Below are positions 17,362 through 25,652 of a DNA stretch of 64,000 nucleotides, piece by piece. The notes beneath the pieces are model-generated. The model was given only the letters and a program-made list of their open reading frames with translations. It was not told the DNA's origin and made no database searches. A program made the position numbers and the translations under genes. The stretch is from a virus, in UHGV virus genome UHGV-0275551; one strand, 5' to 3'. How positions within the stretch are numbered: the first letter of the stretch is position 1; the number at the start of each line of letters is the position of its first letter.

Positions 17362-18147
17362 TTAGTTCTTTGCGTCTAAGAAGGTAACTTCTGGTGAAGA
17401 GAAGACCGTCTCGATATCCTCATCAGTTCTTGCATAAATATATGTATCTGCATCACTGCCAAATGTTACGGCTATCCTGTGATTGCTCTTCGACAGGTGG
17501 GTAACTAGAGCGTTACTTAGAGACATCTTCTCAACCGGAGGGTTACTTTGATGTATCTTACCTTTTCTTCGTCTGAAGAGGGTAACTGTATCATCTTTGA
17601 ACGTTACTACACCTGCAAAGTATTCTGGTTCACAGTAGTTATTCCAACCTGAGCGTAACTTGTGGTACATCTCTCCTTCGTAGACATACAGATAAACATC
17701 TACACTCTTCATCACCTGATTAATGATAACTGTGACGGCTTGAGGGTCAAGTCCACCGATACCTGCACCAATCATAGGTAAACCAACCTTCTTCAACTGA
17801 TTAACTTCACAGTATCTGTTAAGCTGTTTCAAAGATGACTCTAAAGCACTGTATCGGGCATCTTTACCAGTCTTAAGCTGAGTGTAAAGGTTAGCTATAC
17901 GACCTTGTTTTAAACGTGCTACAGAGAAATTACCCAGTAAATTTTCACAAGGTTTGTGTCCTATACCACCTGCATATAGATAAACTTCTGTATCGGTCTC
18001 ATATGCTTTTGGGTAAAGTTTAGAAATCTTGTCAGCGATACCTGCACCCATTAAGTTCATACAGTTGCAACCGTGACCGATGATGTCAAACTTACCTTTA
18101 TCAAATGCGGCAAAGATATCACCATTAATTATTTTTACAATACCCAT
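17362..18147 (-). CDS. macro-domain protein (TARG1/DarG-like fold) with C-terminal extension
   Basis: N-terminus GDIF...GHGCNCMNLMGAGIA and later LPMIGAGIGGLDP match macro-domain signature positions; SD GGGAGAG. Confidence 0.55.
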   Translation of the reverse strand: MGIVKIINGDIFAAFDKGKFDIIGHGCNCMNLMGAGIADKISKLYPKAYETDTEVYLYAGGIGHKPCENLLGNFSVARLKQGRIANLYTQLKTGKDARYSALESSLKQLNRYCEVNQLKKVGLPMIGAGIGGLDPQAVTVIINQVMKSVDVYLYVYEGEMYHKLRSGWNNYCEPEYFAGVVTFKDDTVTLFRRRKGKIHQSNPPVEKMSLSNALVTHLSKSNHRIAVTFGSDADTYIYARTDEDIETVFSSPEVTFLDAKN

Positions 18148-18348
18148 TTAACATCTCTCCCAAGATTCTTTGTCTTCTGAAGGTTTTACACGTTGTCCTT
18201 CGTGGTCTACCCAGATGCACCCACAACCTTCACAGATTACTGGCATTGCATAACCAGCTTTAAAGTCATCTTCAGTGATAAGACCTTTTAAGTCACCTGT
18301 ATCACGTCCGAACATTTCAATAGAACAGTCTTTGCAGAAGTCAGCCAT
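18148..18348 (-). CDS. small Cys-rich zinc-ribbon-like protein
   Basis: 66 aa with CxxC...CxxC. Confidence 0.5.
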   Translation of the reverse strand: MADFCKDCSIEMFGRDTGDLKGLITEDDFKAGYAMPVICEGCGCIWVDHEGQRVKPSEDKESWERC

Positions 18349-18360
18349 ATAACATACACC

Positions 18361-18588
18361 TTATAGTTCAGTTTCTCGTAATTCTTTACCTTCATCATAG
18401 AAGCATTTATAGAATGTATCTATAGAAATTCTGGCAAAGGTAAGGTCTTCAAAGTATTCTTCTGGAGTTATACCTGTAAAACTAAAACCATCAAGATTGT
18501 AAAACGGTATTACTGTGTCATCGCTCATGAAAACACATGCAGATACGACTTCTCCAGTATCTTTGTCAATTATTTCTAGAGCTTTCAT
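18361..18588 (-). CDS. hypothetical protein
   Basis: 75-aa ORF. Confidence 0.5.
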   Translation of the reverse strand: MKALEIIDKDTGEVVSACVFMSDDTVIPFYNLDGFSFTGITPEEYFEDLTFARISIDTFYKCFYDEGKELRETEL

Positions 18589-18700
18589 AGTTTACCTTCT
18601 CAGTTAGCTCATATAAATCAACATGCTCAATACTATCAATGTTGATATCAATCTTTTTGAAGCGTTCTATCACTTCGTTGTCAGTCATCCATATCAGACA

Positions 18701-18889
18701 CTAATGATTCTGAATGGATTCTTCAAGAAGGTCAACACAATCTTTAAAAGTTTTTGTATCACTTCTTGTTCCTATCATTGCGATTGTTCCATATAGCCAC
18801 TTACCATTGCCATAAGATACTTGTGCTACGCCAACTTCTTTGCCTTTCTCGTAGTAAACAGCTACAAAGTCTCTTCCGTTAATCTGCAT
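18701..18889 (-). CDS. hypothetical protein
   Basis: 62-aa ORF. Confidence 0.4.
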   Translation of the reverse strand: MQINGRDFVAVYYEKGKEVGVAQVSYGNGKWLYGTIAMIGTRSDTKTFKDCVDLLEESIQNH

Positions 18890-18891
18890 AG

Positions 18892-19164
18892 TTACTTCCT
18901 CGTTTTGAGAACTGCTAAGATTTCTTTAGAGTCTGGTAAGAACCATGTGTAGTGATTCTCTTTGATTTCTGGATGAGTGTCAACCTTTATTTTGCACTCT
19001 TTACCAACATGCTTAAGCTGTGCTGTGATACCTTGCATAAAGATGTGACACATTACATTATCCATAATCGTAGGTAAGAAATCAATCCTCATGTAAGTAT
19101 CTTTCGGTCTCGGTAGAAGTAAGTAACCTTCTGTGTAGAAAGTTTCATCATTACTTTGTGTCAT
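18892..19164 (-). CDS. hypothetical protein
   Basis: 90-aa ORF. Confidence 0.5.
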   Translation of the reverse strand: MTQSNDETFYTEGYLLLPRPKDTYMRIDFLPTIMDNVMCHIFMQGITAQLKHVGKECKIKVDTHPEIKENHYTWFLPDSKEILAVLKTRK

Positions 19165-19430
19165 TACTGCTTATTCCCTAATAAAATCATATCAATAAGG
19201 TTATTAGCTTTGATTGTGCACTGGTAAAATCCATCACGATAGAACTCAAGGGCTGCTGCCACATCGCTGCCAGTATTACCTTTGACAGTGAATCTTGACT
19301 CTTCTTGAGTGTACTTGTCACCCTCACTTACTTGGGAGTTTTTGAATGTACTGTTCACTTTGTTCGTTGAACACCCTGACATAATTATCAGTAACACAAA
19401 CATTATAAAACTCTGGCTTAGTTTTTTCAT
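19164..19430 (-). CDS. putative o-spanin (outer-membrane lipoprotein)
   Basis: Signal peptide with lipobox (IIMSGC); starts inside the previous gene in another frame. Confidence 0.5.
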   Translation of the reverse strand: MKKLSQSFIMFVLLIIMSGCSTNKVNSTFKNSQVSEGDKYTQEESRFTVKGNTGSDVAAALEFYRDGFYQCTIKANNLIDMILLGNKQ

Positions 19431-19671
19431 ATGTTAGTACCTCTTTTGTATGCTTATTCTTAGCAAGCACATCTTTCAAATCATTTTTGTAATTGGTGCT
19501 GAGTGTGGCTAAACCTTCCTGATAAGCATCTTTGGCAACACTTATTAGTTTCTCGTTATTTAGCTCAGTTTCAGCAACTTGGTAGTCTCTGTAAGAGTAT
19601 CCTCCCCAGACACCTGTCCCAACTAAGAAAACAATTATGAAAGTAGCTTGACAGAACTCTTTAAATGTCAT
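19324..19671 (-). CDS. putative i-spanin (N-terminal TM, periplasmic helical domain)
   Basis: N-terminal TM segment; overlapped by the lipoprotein ORF in the manner of overlapped spanin pairs. Confidence 0.5.
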   Translation of the reverse strand: MTFKEFCQATFIIVFLVGTGVWGGYSYRDYQVAETELNNEKLISVAKDAYQEGLATLSTNYKNDLKDVLAKNKHTKEVLTYEKTKPEFYNVCVTDNYVRVFNEQSEQYIQKLPSK

Positions 19672-19685
19672 TTAACAATCTCCTG

Positions 19686-19713
19686 AAATGAAAAAGGCTC
19701 CCGAAGGAGCCTG
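19686..19713 (-). terminator. rho-independent terminator
   Basis: Minus-strand GGCTCC-uucg-GGAGCC followed by UUUUUCAUUU. Confidence 0.65.
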
Positions 19714-19723
19714 TATCTTAACC

Positions 19724-20188
19724 TTAACCGAGGACTTTAGCAAGGATATTTGCAGCCATCGAAGAAGCTTTTGCAGCAGCAACTACGCCAGCTTTGACAG
19801 TGCTATCCTTAATAGCAGATACCGTTGCAGCATCAGTAAAGAGATAAGTGATTGTTTTGGAACCACTTGTAAAGGAAAGCATAAGAGTAGTTTCCAGATT
19901 GAAAGAGCGATACGGAGCACCTTCTTTAACGATACCTTCAGCACCTAACTCTGAAGCCTTACCCATATCATAGATAGTCATCAGGTTTTCTTTGTGTGCA
20001 GTCGTTGAACCAACACCTTTTACGTGCTTCTTAACGTTCAACAATGCACGATATTCACGAATGCTACCATCAGCTTTTACATTAACAGCACGGAAAATTT
20101 TACCTTCAAAGTTACCTTGAATCATTTTACGAACTACTTCAGATTTGTTTGCCGTATCGTCCAGTGCTACCGTAATGATATTGTTCAT
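19724..20188 (-). CDS. hypothetical protein
   Basis: Track start is TTG 20203; ATG at 20188 has SD GAGAGAAG. Confidence 0.5.
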   Translation of the reverse strand: MNNIITVALDDTANKSEVVRKMIQGNFEGKIFRAVNVKADGSIREYRALLNVKKHVKGVGSTTAHKENLMTIYDMGKASELGAEGIVKEGAPYRSFNLETTLMLSFTSGSKTITYLFTDAATVSAIKDSTVKAGVVAAAKASSMAANILAKVLG

Positions 20189-20199
20189 AAGTTCTTCTC

Positions 20200-20895
20200 T
20201 CAATGTTTAACTAACATGGTTTTAATGTGTGGAAGGATTCTGTTTACCTTCTGAACATTCTTCTCTGTATCTTCTATAAAACATACTATATCAAAGTAAG
20301 GCAGAATGCAAGACTGAATCATCCTCACTTTCAAACTTTCTGCACTTATAGAGTTAGTCCCAAAACCACGCATAAAAAGCATGTAATCATGCTCTATGTA
20401 ATGCCTTAAAAACATCTCAGTAGGTATTCTCTGAGATTCACCTCTTGCTGTCAATAGTCCAATGGCAGCGTGATTAGAAATTGCATCAATAATATTGAAA
20501 ACATACGTTGGTTTTGCACTTACAGAGTCAAGCAAATTGGTGTACTGTGAAAATGACCCATCAATCAGTTCCGTTGAGCAATCTTCGTGATTAAAATTTG
20601 TCAGAACACCATCAATATCTGCTAAGATGAGGTTACCTTTTTCTACAAGGTCTTTATTGACTATGACTAAACTGTCACGTCTTACACCTATAGTTTGTCC
20701 GGTCTCTTTGTCCACAACGTTCACAATTGGTTCTGATGTGTGGAACTCTTCAAGTGAACATACAACTTCTCTTGCAGTATCTTCAAAATCCCTGCACTGT
20801 TCTGGAGTCCATACACAGGAATCAAGACCTAACTCATGAGGATGCAAGTCATAAGCGTGGCACAGGACTTCATCAGACTTTCTTAATTTTTTCAT
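20200..20895 (-). CDS. hypothetical protein with HAD-like phosphatase motif (DIDGV)
   Basis: 231-aa ORF; C-terminal half has ILADIDGVLTNF; function tentative. Confidence 0.35.
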   Translation of the reverse strand: MKKLRKSDEVLCHAYDLHPHELGLDSCVWTPEQCRDFEDTAREVVCSLEEFHTSEPIVNVVDKETGQTIGVRRDSLVIVNKDLVEKGNLILADIDGVLTNFNHEDCSTELIDGSFSQYTNLLDSVSAKPTYVFNIIDAISNHAAIGLLTARGESQRIPTEMFLRHYIEHDYMLFMRGFGTNSISAESLKVRMIQSCILPYFDIVCFIEDTEKNVQKVNRILPHIKTMLVKH

Positions 20896-21421
20896 GATTT
20901 ACCTTAGAAAGGTTTGTTGCAAATTCACATTGAGCGATAACTTTCATATTGTTATAGACATCTTGAGAGTATTTCTTAGCTTTAGGGATTTTGTACGAAT
21001 ACCCAGCATTATATGATGCTAAAACTTTTTGTAAAGTCTTCTTTGACTTTGGCTGACCATGCACCTTTGTCCAAAACTCAAGCTCTTTGTGCGTTTCCTT
21101 CGCAGCATAGTCAAAATCTTTTAAGAGTTTCTTTTTAGCCACACTAGGACTAATTTTGTTACGCTTTACAACAGTCTTCAAGTGATTCTGGAAGATACCA
21201 TAGTCATGGGTCTTTTTATTTTCTACCTTCAGACCTAACTCTGACTCTTGTAAGGCTATAGCTGCTAGAGTGATACCCCAACCTTTACCCATGTTATTCT
21301 CACCATACTGGTAAGCTTTTAACATGTTCACTTTTTGACTAATTGATAGCTCTGGGCAGTCAACTGCATAAGATAAGTGTGCTGTAAACATTAAGCACAA
21401 ACCTAGAATCAATTTCTTCAT
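20873..21421 (-). CDS. secreted lytic-transglycosylase-like protein (SLT-like motifs)
   Basis: Signal peptide; QESELG, DYGIFQNH and SYNAGYSY resemble SLT motifs; SD AGGAG. Confidence 0.45.
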   Translation of the reverse strand: MKKLILGLCLMFTAHLSYAVDCPELSISQKVNMLKAYQYGENNMGKGWGITLAAIALQESELGLKVENKKTHDYGIFQNHLKTVVKRNKISPSVAKKKLLKDFDYAAKETHKELEFWTKVHGQPKSKKTLQKVLASYNAGYSYKIPKAKKYSQDVYNNMKVIAQCEFATNLSKVNHEKIKKV

Positions 21422-21478
21422 TGGTTCTCCTGTTTAGTTTATCGTGACAACAATTATACAGCACTCTGCACAAAATAC

Positions 21479-21510
21479 AAATAAAAAAGGCCGCCGAAGC
21501 AGCCTTTTAA
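21479..21510 (-). terminator. rho-independent terminator
   Basis: Minus-strand AAGGCUGC-uucg-GCGGCCUU followed by UUUUUUAUUUG. Confidence 0.65.
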
Positions 21511-21521
21511 GAAATTACTTA

Positions 21522-22631
21522 TTAGATTTCACGTTTACGTTGAGAGATGAGTTCACCAGCAGTGCCAACGATGACATGCAAAGCTTCAGTCTTACCGTCC
21601 CATGCTTCCAGCACTTTACGTTGATTATCAACGATTGCTGCAACTTCATAACGAGAGGAACGCATCTTCATATCATTGTAATCAGTTGGAACAGATACAA
21701 CATCTCGTGGATGTACGCGAACCTTCAGGATTGTATCACCTGAGAAGCAACGAACATAATCCCAAGCACCAACATGAAGACCTTGAGAGCAAGTTACGTT
21801 ACGGTTATTATCAACCATCCAACGTGGCATTTCTACAATGTTACCCAAATCATTAGGCACTTTGTAGGTGTGAGAGTCAACCAACTTGCCTTCACGAGTA
21901 GAGACTTTCTTCCAACCAATGATGTAGCCTTCTTCATCAATTTCAACATCAAGGTGAGATACAAATCCCCAAAGTTGTTCTACAGAATCTTTAGATGGGT
22001 TTTCCATCAGTTTTTCGAAGAACATTACAAGTCGTTCAAAACCTTTATCGCCAGTTTTCATCATGTGAAGAATACGGTCAACCAGAGTAGAACGCATCTC
22101 AACAGCACCGTAGAATAGCTTGTCGCCTTTGATTGTGATAGCACCCTGAGTGAAGTTTTCGATAGACTTACGAATGTTCATCAGTTCAAATGCTTTCTTG
22201 AACTCACCTTTCACAACATGAACTACAATCTCTTGATAGTTCGGATGAGTAGACTCAACAATTTCAGATTCTGAACCATAAGTCATAATTACAGAATCAC
22301 CAGTAATCATGTACTCAATCTTGTCATCTTTCTGCATAGCTTCGTGCAGTTTATTTACTGGAGCTTTCTGTACAGTGTCTTTAACGACCTTTTCAACTGG
22401 TTTGCCAGCTTTCTTTTTAAAAGTCTTAGCAACTTGTTTCAAAGTCTTCGTAGCTGGTGTAGAAGTTGCCTTCTTCTTGCCTTTTAAGGTTGCTTCATGA
22501 CGCTCTACAGCACGACCAACTGAACGGGTTGAAGTATTGAACTTCTGTGCAATAGCTGTTTTAGTCAGCTTACCTTCTTTAACCAGTTTGTAAATTTCTG
22601 CGTCAATCTGTGCTTTAGTTTTAGTAGTCAT
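21522..22631 (-). CDS. rIIB: rIIB-like protein (N-terminal HTH, Lys-rich linker)
   Basis: Immediately downstream of the rIIA-like gene; size and adjacency fit rIIA-rIIB pairs; HTH-like segment near N-terminus. Confidence 0.35.
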   Translation of the reverse strand: MTTKTKAQIDAEIYKLVKEGKLTKTAIAQKFNTSTRSVGRAVERHEATLKGKKKATSTPATKTLKQVAKTFKKKAGKPVEKVVKDTVQKAPVNKLHEAMQKDDKIEYMITGDSVIMTYGSESEIVESTHPNYQEIVVHVVKGEFKKAFELMNIRKSIENFTQGAITIKGDKLFYGAVEMRSTLVDRILHMMKTGDKGFERLVMFFEKLMENPSKDSVEQLWGFVSHLDVEIDEEGYIIGWKKVSTREGKLVDSHTYKVPNDLGNIVEMPRWMVDNNRNVTCSQGLHVGAWDYVRCFSGDTILKVRVHPRDVVSVPTDYNDMKMRSSRYEVAAIVDNQRKVLEAWDGKTEALHVIVGTAGELISQRKREI

Positions 22632-22675
22632 CTTATTACTCTCTCTTGTTAGTTAATCAATCAATTTGTGAGGCT

Positions 22676-22705
22676 ATTCTAAGGGGCTTCAAAGCCCCTT
22701 GTCAA
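22676..22705 (-). promoter_or_regulatory. near-consensus sigma70-type promoter with a GC hairpin as spacer
   Basis: Minus strand TTGACA-N18-TAGAAT; spacer AGGGGCTTTGAAGCCCC is a perfect inverted repeat. Confidence 0.5.
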
Positions 22706-22710
22706 ACACT

Positions 22711-25077
22711 TTAATCGTAAATTGTTGTACCTTCTGGAACACATTTCACATTAAAGCCTAAAAACTTACTCACTTCGATAGGTGATACTTTATTCCAATC
22801 TAAGTGTGAAAGCAAGAAGTTTTCTTGTTTTCTTTTTGAAAGATAGTTTGTCAGCTTGATAACCATGCGGTCACCTGCTTTTTTAATCTTTTTGTACAGT
22901 TTTGTGTCATTATCAAGGCATGACTTCAAATCCTGAAGAACACTGATAGTGTAAGTGTATGCAAACGGTGCAGCCACATACTGAATCTTACCGAACATTG
23001 CCTCAACAGCATCTTCATTCCCTTCTAAGAAGATTGTCTTAATAGTATCCCTTGAATAACAATACCCGCGAGAAATCTTCCTGTTATTGAACGTAAAGTT
23101 TCTGGCAATAATCCAACTGCTTGTAAGGTCGAGGACACCATCCATGTAGATGCGTGTCATATACCTGTTATGGTTAATCCAATGAACATCAGTTAAGCTG
23201 TCGTTCAAGAGCTTCTCATCTACTTCAATCCAGTCTTCTGGTATCTTTTTCCAATTTGCTTTTCGGAAAACATAGACTGTCTTGCCTGTAACATTAGCAA
23301 CTGACTTAGCTACATCCTCTGGAGATGAGCAAAAACATCTACCATCAACTGTGTCACCTACTGCCTTAATATAAAGCTGAGGTTCTTCAATTGTGTCTAA
23401 GTCTTCTGACACCTCTTTGTATGAAGCTTTAGTTTCTGCTGGAACAGCTTTCCAGAGTTTTACAACACCCCTTACAGCTTCTTTACGCTGATAGTGGTGT
23501 TCCTTATCAGACATCTTCACAATCTTTAACAAGCTTTTATCAAGTTTGTGTAGATTGATTAAATCATCTAACTCTTTTTCAGTCGAGAATACAAACACAA
23601 TGCCATTGTATCTGTGGAACAGGCCTGACTCGTTAGCGTAGTCTCGACATGCACCACGCAAAATTTGATTGCGTCCTACAGTCTTCTCAGTACCGTTTTT
23701 ATTGCGACGGTCATTAATCACGAACAAAAACTGTTCAATTTGGCTTTTACGCATTGCACCAAAGATATTGAACATGCTTGCCTCTTGAGTGTAGGAAAGT
23801 GCTGTTGCACGAATCTTACTCTCTAAAGAGTTGAACTTGACATAAGCAACTGGGTCATAAAGATAATCTACTTTAGGGATATTGTTCCCGTTCCTATCAA
23901 CCTTAATATTGCCTTTACCGTCACGTTCATAAATGACTGAGCCGTCTTCTGCGTAGATAATTCCACGACGAATGTTTAACAATTCTTCTTCCAGAGAATC
24001 AAGCTTAATGCCTCCCCACTCTAGCTTTGGACACACAGCATTAAACATCTCTCGTGAGTTCAAACGTAGCTCTGCATAAGCCTGTGCAGCATCCATGAGT
24101 GTAGGTTGGCTATTAACTTTCTTGATAACATCCTTTGTAATTGCTTCAGTTATCTTTTTGGTAGCCTCGATGATAACATTTTTTGTCGTATCATTCATCT
24201 GCAATGCTTCACGAGAAGCTGCTATAGCAACTGAACCAATAGGCATGTAGATGTTTACAAGGTCTACGCTCCTACGGAAAAACTCTGGCAAGACTTTGAA
24301 GAAATCATCACCAAGTAATGCTTCCATGTTCACTGGATAGGCAATATTACCCATCACCACATTAAACTCTGTCCTGTTACCACTAGAACGCCAGCTTTGC
24401 TTATGAATCATGGCATCGTAAACACCTTCTTCACGGGCAATGACGTTCATATCTGCTAATACATCGTCGTACTCAATATTACTTTCTGGTTTTACAGTGA
24501 AGTATGAGTACACATTTCCAGCTTCTTCAAAGAACTTTGAGATACGGTGGTCAGCAACTGCCACACGTACAGCTAAACCATTAGGTTCTTTTGTTGGGTT
24601 AGTGGTCAGTTTAGTTACTTGAGGGATACCATTCTCAAGATAAACAGAGTACTTATTAACAACACCATCAACATAGCTAGATACTGTGAATGACTGAGCA
24701 ATTGCAAATGGGGATTTTGAGCCGACACCCATTGCACCAATGTAGTCATTAGAGTCATTCTTCGTAGAAGCCCCGTAGTTTAGGTACAAACTCATAACTT
24801 TATCATGAGTCAATCCAGTTCCAAAATCACGAACTTCAAAGTAAGGCTCAAAACGAGTAGGTAAATGCACATGGAACGGGATGTTCTCTTTTCCAGCTTC
24901 TTTCTGAGCATCTACTGCGTTACATGACAGTTCACGAATCACTGCCCTTTCTTTAAAGGTATATACACCAGAACTCAAAAGGCTGAACATCTCAGGTGTC
25001 ATTGTAATCTGTGCTTGAGACGTCTCTAAAGAAGTTGAACTCTTAATCACTTCTGCGTGGTCATTTACCATGCGCAT
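22711..25077 (-). CDS. rIIA: rIIA-like protein with N-terminal GHKL (Hsp90-like Bergerat-fold) ATPase domain
   Basis: N-box IRELSCNAVDA, G1 box RDFGTGLT, G2 box IGAMGVGSKS; 788 aa; followed by rIIB-like gene. Confidence 0.5.
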   Translation of the reverse strand: MRMVNDHAEVIKSSTSLETSQAQITMTPEMFSLLSSGVYTFKERAVIRELSCNAVDAQKEAGKENIPFHVHLPTRFEPYFEVRDFGTGLTHDKVMSLYLNYGASTKNDSNDYIGAMGVGSKSPFAIAQSFTVSSYVDGVVNKYSVYLENGIPQVTKLTTNPTKEPNGLAVRVAVADHRISKFFEEAGNVYSYFTVKPESNIEYDDVLADMNVIAREEGVYDAMIHKQSWRSSGNRTEFNVVMGNIAYPVNMEALLGDDFFKVLPEFFRRSVDLVNIYMPIGSVAIAASREALQMNDTTKNVIIEATKKITEAITKDVIKKVNSQPTLMDAAQAYAELRLNSREMFNAVCPKLEWGGIKLDSLEEELLNIRRGIIYAEDGSVIYERDGKGNIKVDRNGNNIPKVDYLYDPVAYVKFNSLESKIRATALSYTQEASMFNIFGAMRKSQIEQFLFVINDRRNKNGTEKTVGRNQILRGACRDYANESGLFHRYNGIVFVFSTEKELDDLINLHKLDKSLLKIVKMSDKEHHYQRKEAVRGVVKLWKAVPAETKASYKEVSEDLDTIEEPQLYIKAVGDTVDGRCFCSSPEDVAKSVANVTGKTVYVFRKANWKKIPEDWIEVDEKLLNDSLTDVHWINHNRYMTRIYMDGVLDLTSSWIIARNFTFNNRKISRGYCYSRDTIKTIFLEGNEDAVEAMFGKIQYVAAPFAYTYTISVLQDLKSCLDNDTKLYKKIKKAGDRMVIKLTNYLSKRKQENFLLSHLDWNKVSPIEVSKFLGFNVKCVPEGTTIYD

Positions 25078-25105
25078 AATACTTTCCTCTTAGTTTACTG
25101 TTAAA

Positions 25106-25282
25106 TTACTTATTAAACATTTTACCAGAACCACCACACATAGGGCAACAACCTGCTCTTGTATACCCTTCCCCATTGCAGTAATCACACTTCTTGTACT
25201 CTGCATAGTACTTGCAAAGAAGGTAAACAAATACTGCTACGCTGCCAAGTGACAGTAAAATTTCTATCCAATATGCTTGCAT
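25106..25282 (-). CDS. small membrane/zinc-ribbon protein (58 aa, below the track cutoff)
   Basis: N-terminal hydrophobic helix then CDYC...CCPMCGGSG. Confidence 0.35.
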   Translation of the reverse strand: MQAYWIEILLSLGSVAVFVYLLCKYYAEYKKCDYCNGEGYTRAGCCPMCGGSGKMFNK

Positions 25283-25599
25283 GACTCACCTCTCATATTT
25301 TTGTAAAGGATAAAGCTTCTGTCATGGACGATACTTGTAGATACTGCAAAGTTACTTTCAAGCATCTGTTTGTTTGGATTGTAGAAGCTTTTTTTAAACT
25401 CGTCAAGCGCAAATTGGTGGTTGTCTGGAAGACCTTTTACACAAACTTTTATTGTGACTGCTGCTGCAATCTTACCATTCAGTTCTTCTTTAGCTGCTAC
25501 TAAAATTTTGTTAAGGAACTTTTTACCATCTTCAGGTTTCTTAATATTCTCCCAACGTTCTTCTAAGACAATGTTGATGTTCATCTCTTTGATTTTCAT
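25264..25599 (-). CDS. hypothetical protein
   Basis: 111-aa ORF. Confidence 0.5.
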   Translation of the reverse strand: MKIKEMNINIVLEERWENIKKPEDGKKFLNKILVAAKEELNGKIAAAVTIKVCVKGLPDNHQFALDEFKKSFYNPNKQMLESNFAVSTSIVHDRSFILYKNMRGESCKHIG

Positions 25600-25600
25600 A

Positions 25601-25628
25601 ATCTTCTCCAGAAATTAAAAAGGCTCCC
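25601..25628 (-). terminator. rho-independent terminator after the NAMPT-like gene
   Basis: Minus-strand GGCTCC-uacg-GGAGCC followed by UUUUUAAUUUC. Confidence 0.65.
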
Positions 25629-25652
25629 GTAGGAGCCTCTTATCATATACTT

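Noticed and set aside
22711-25077. Phage-encoded Hsp90/HtpG chaperone
   Set aside because: Only the N-terminal ATPase domain matches; the 788-aa size, the lack of recognisable Hsp90 middle and C-terminal features, and the adjacent rIIB-like gene fit an rIIA-type protein better
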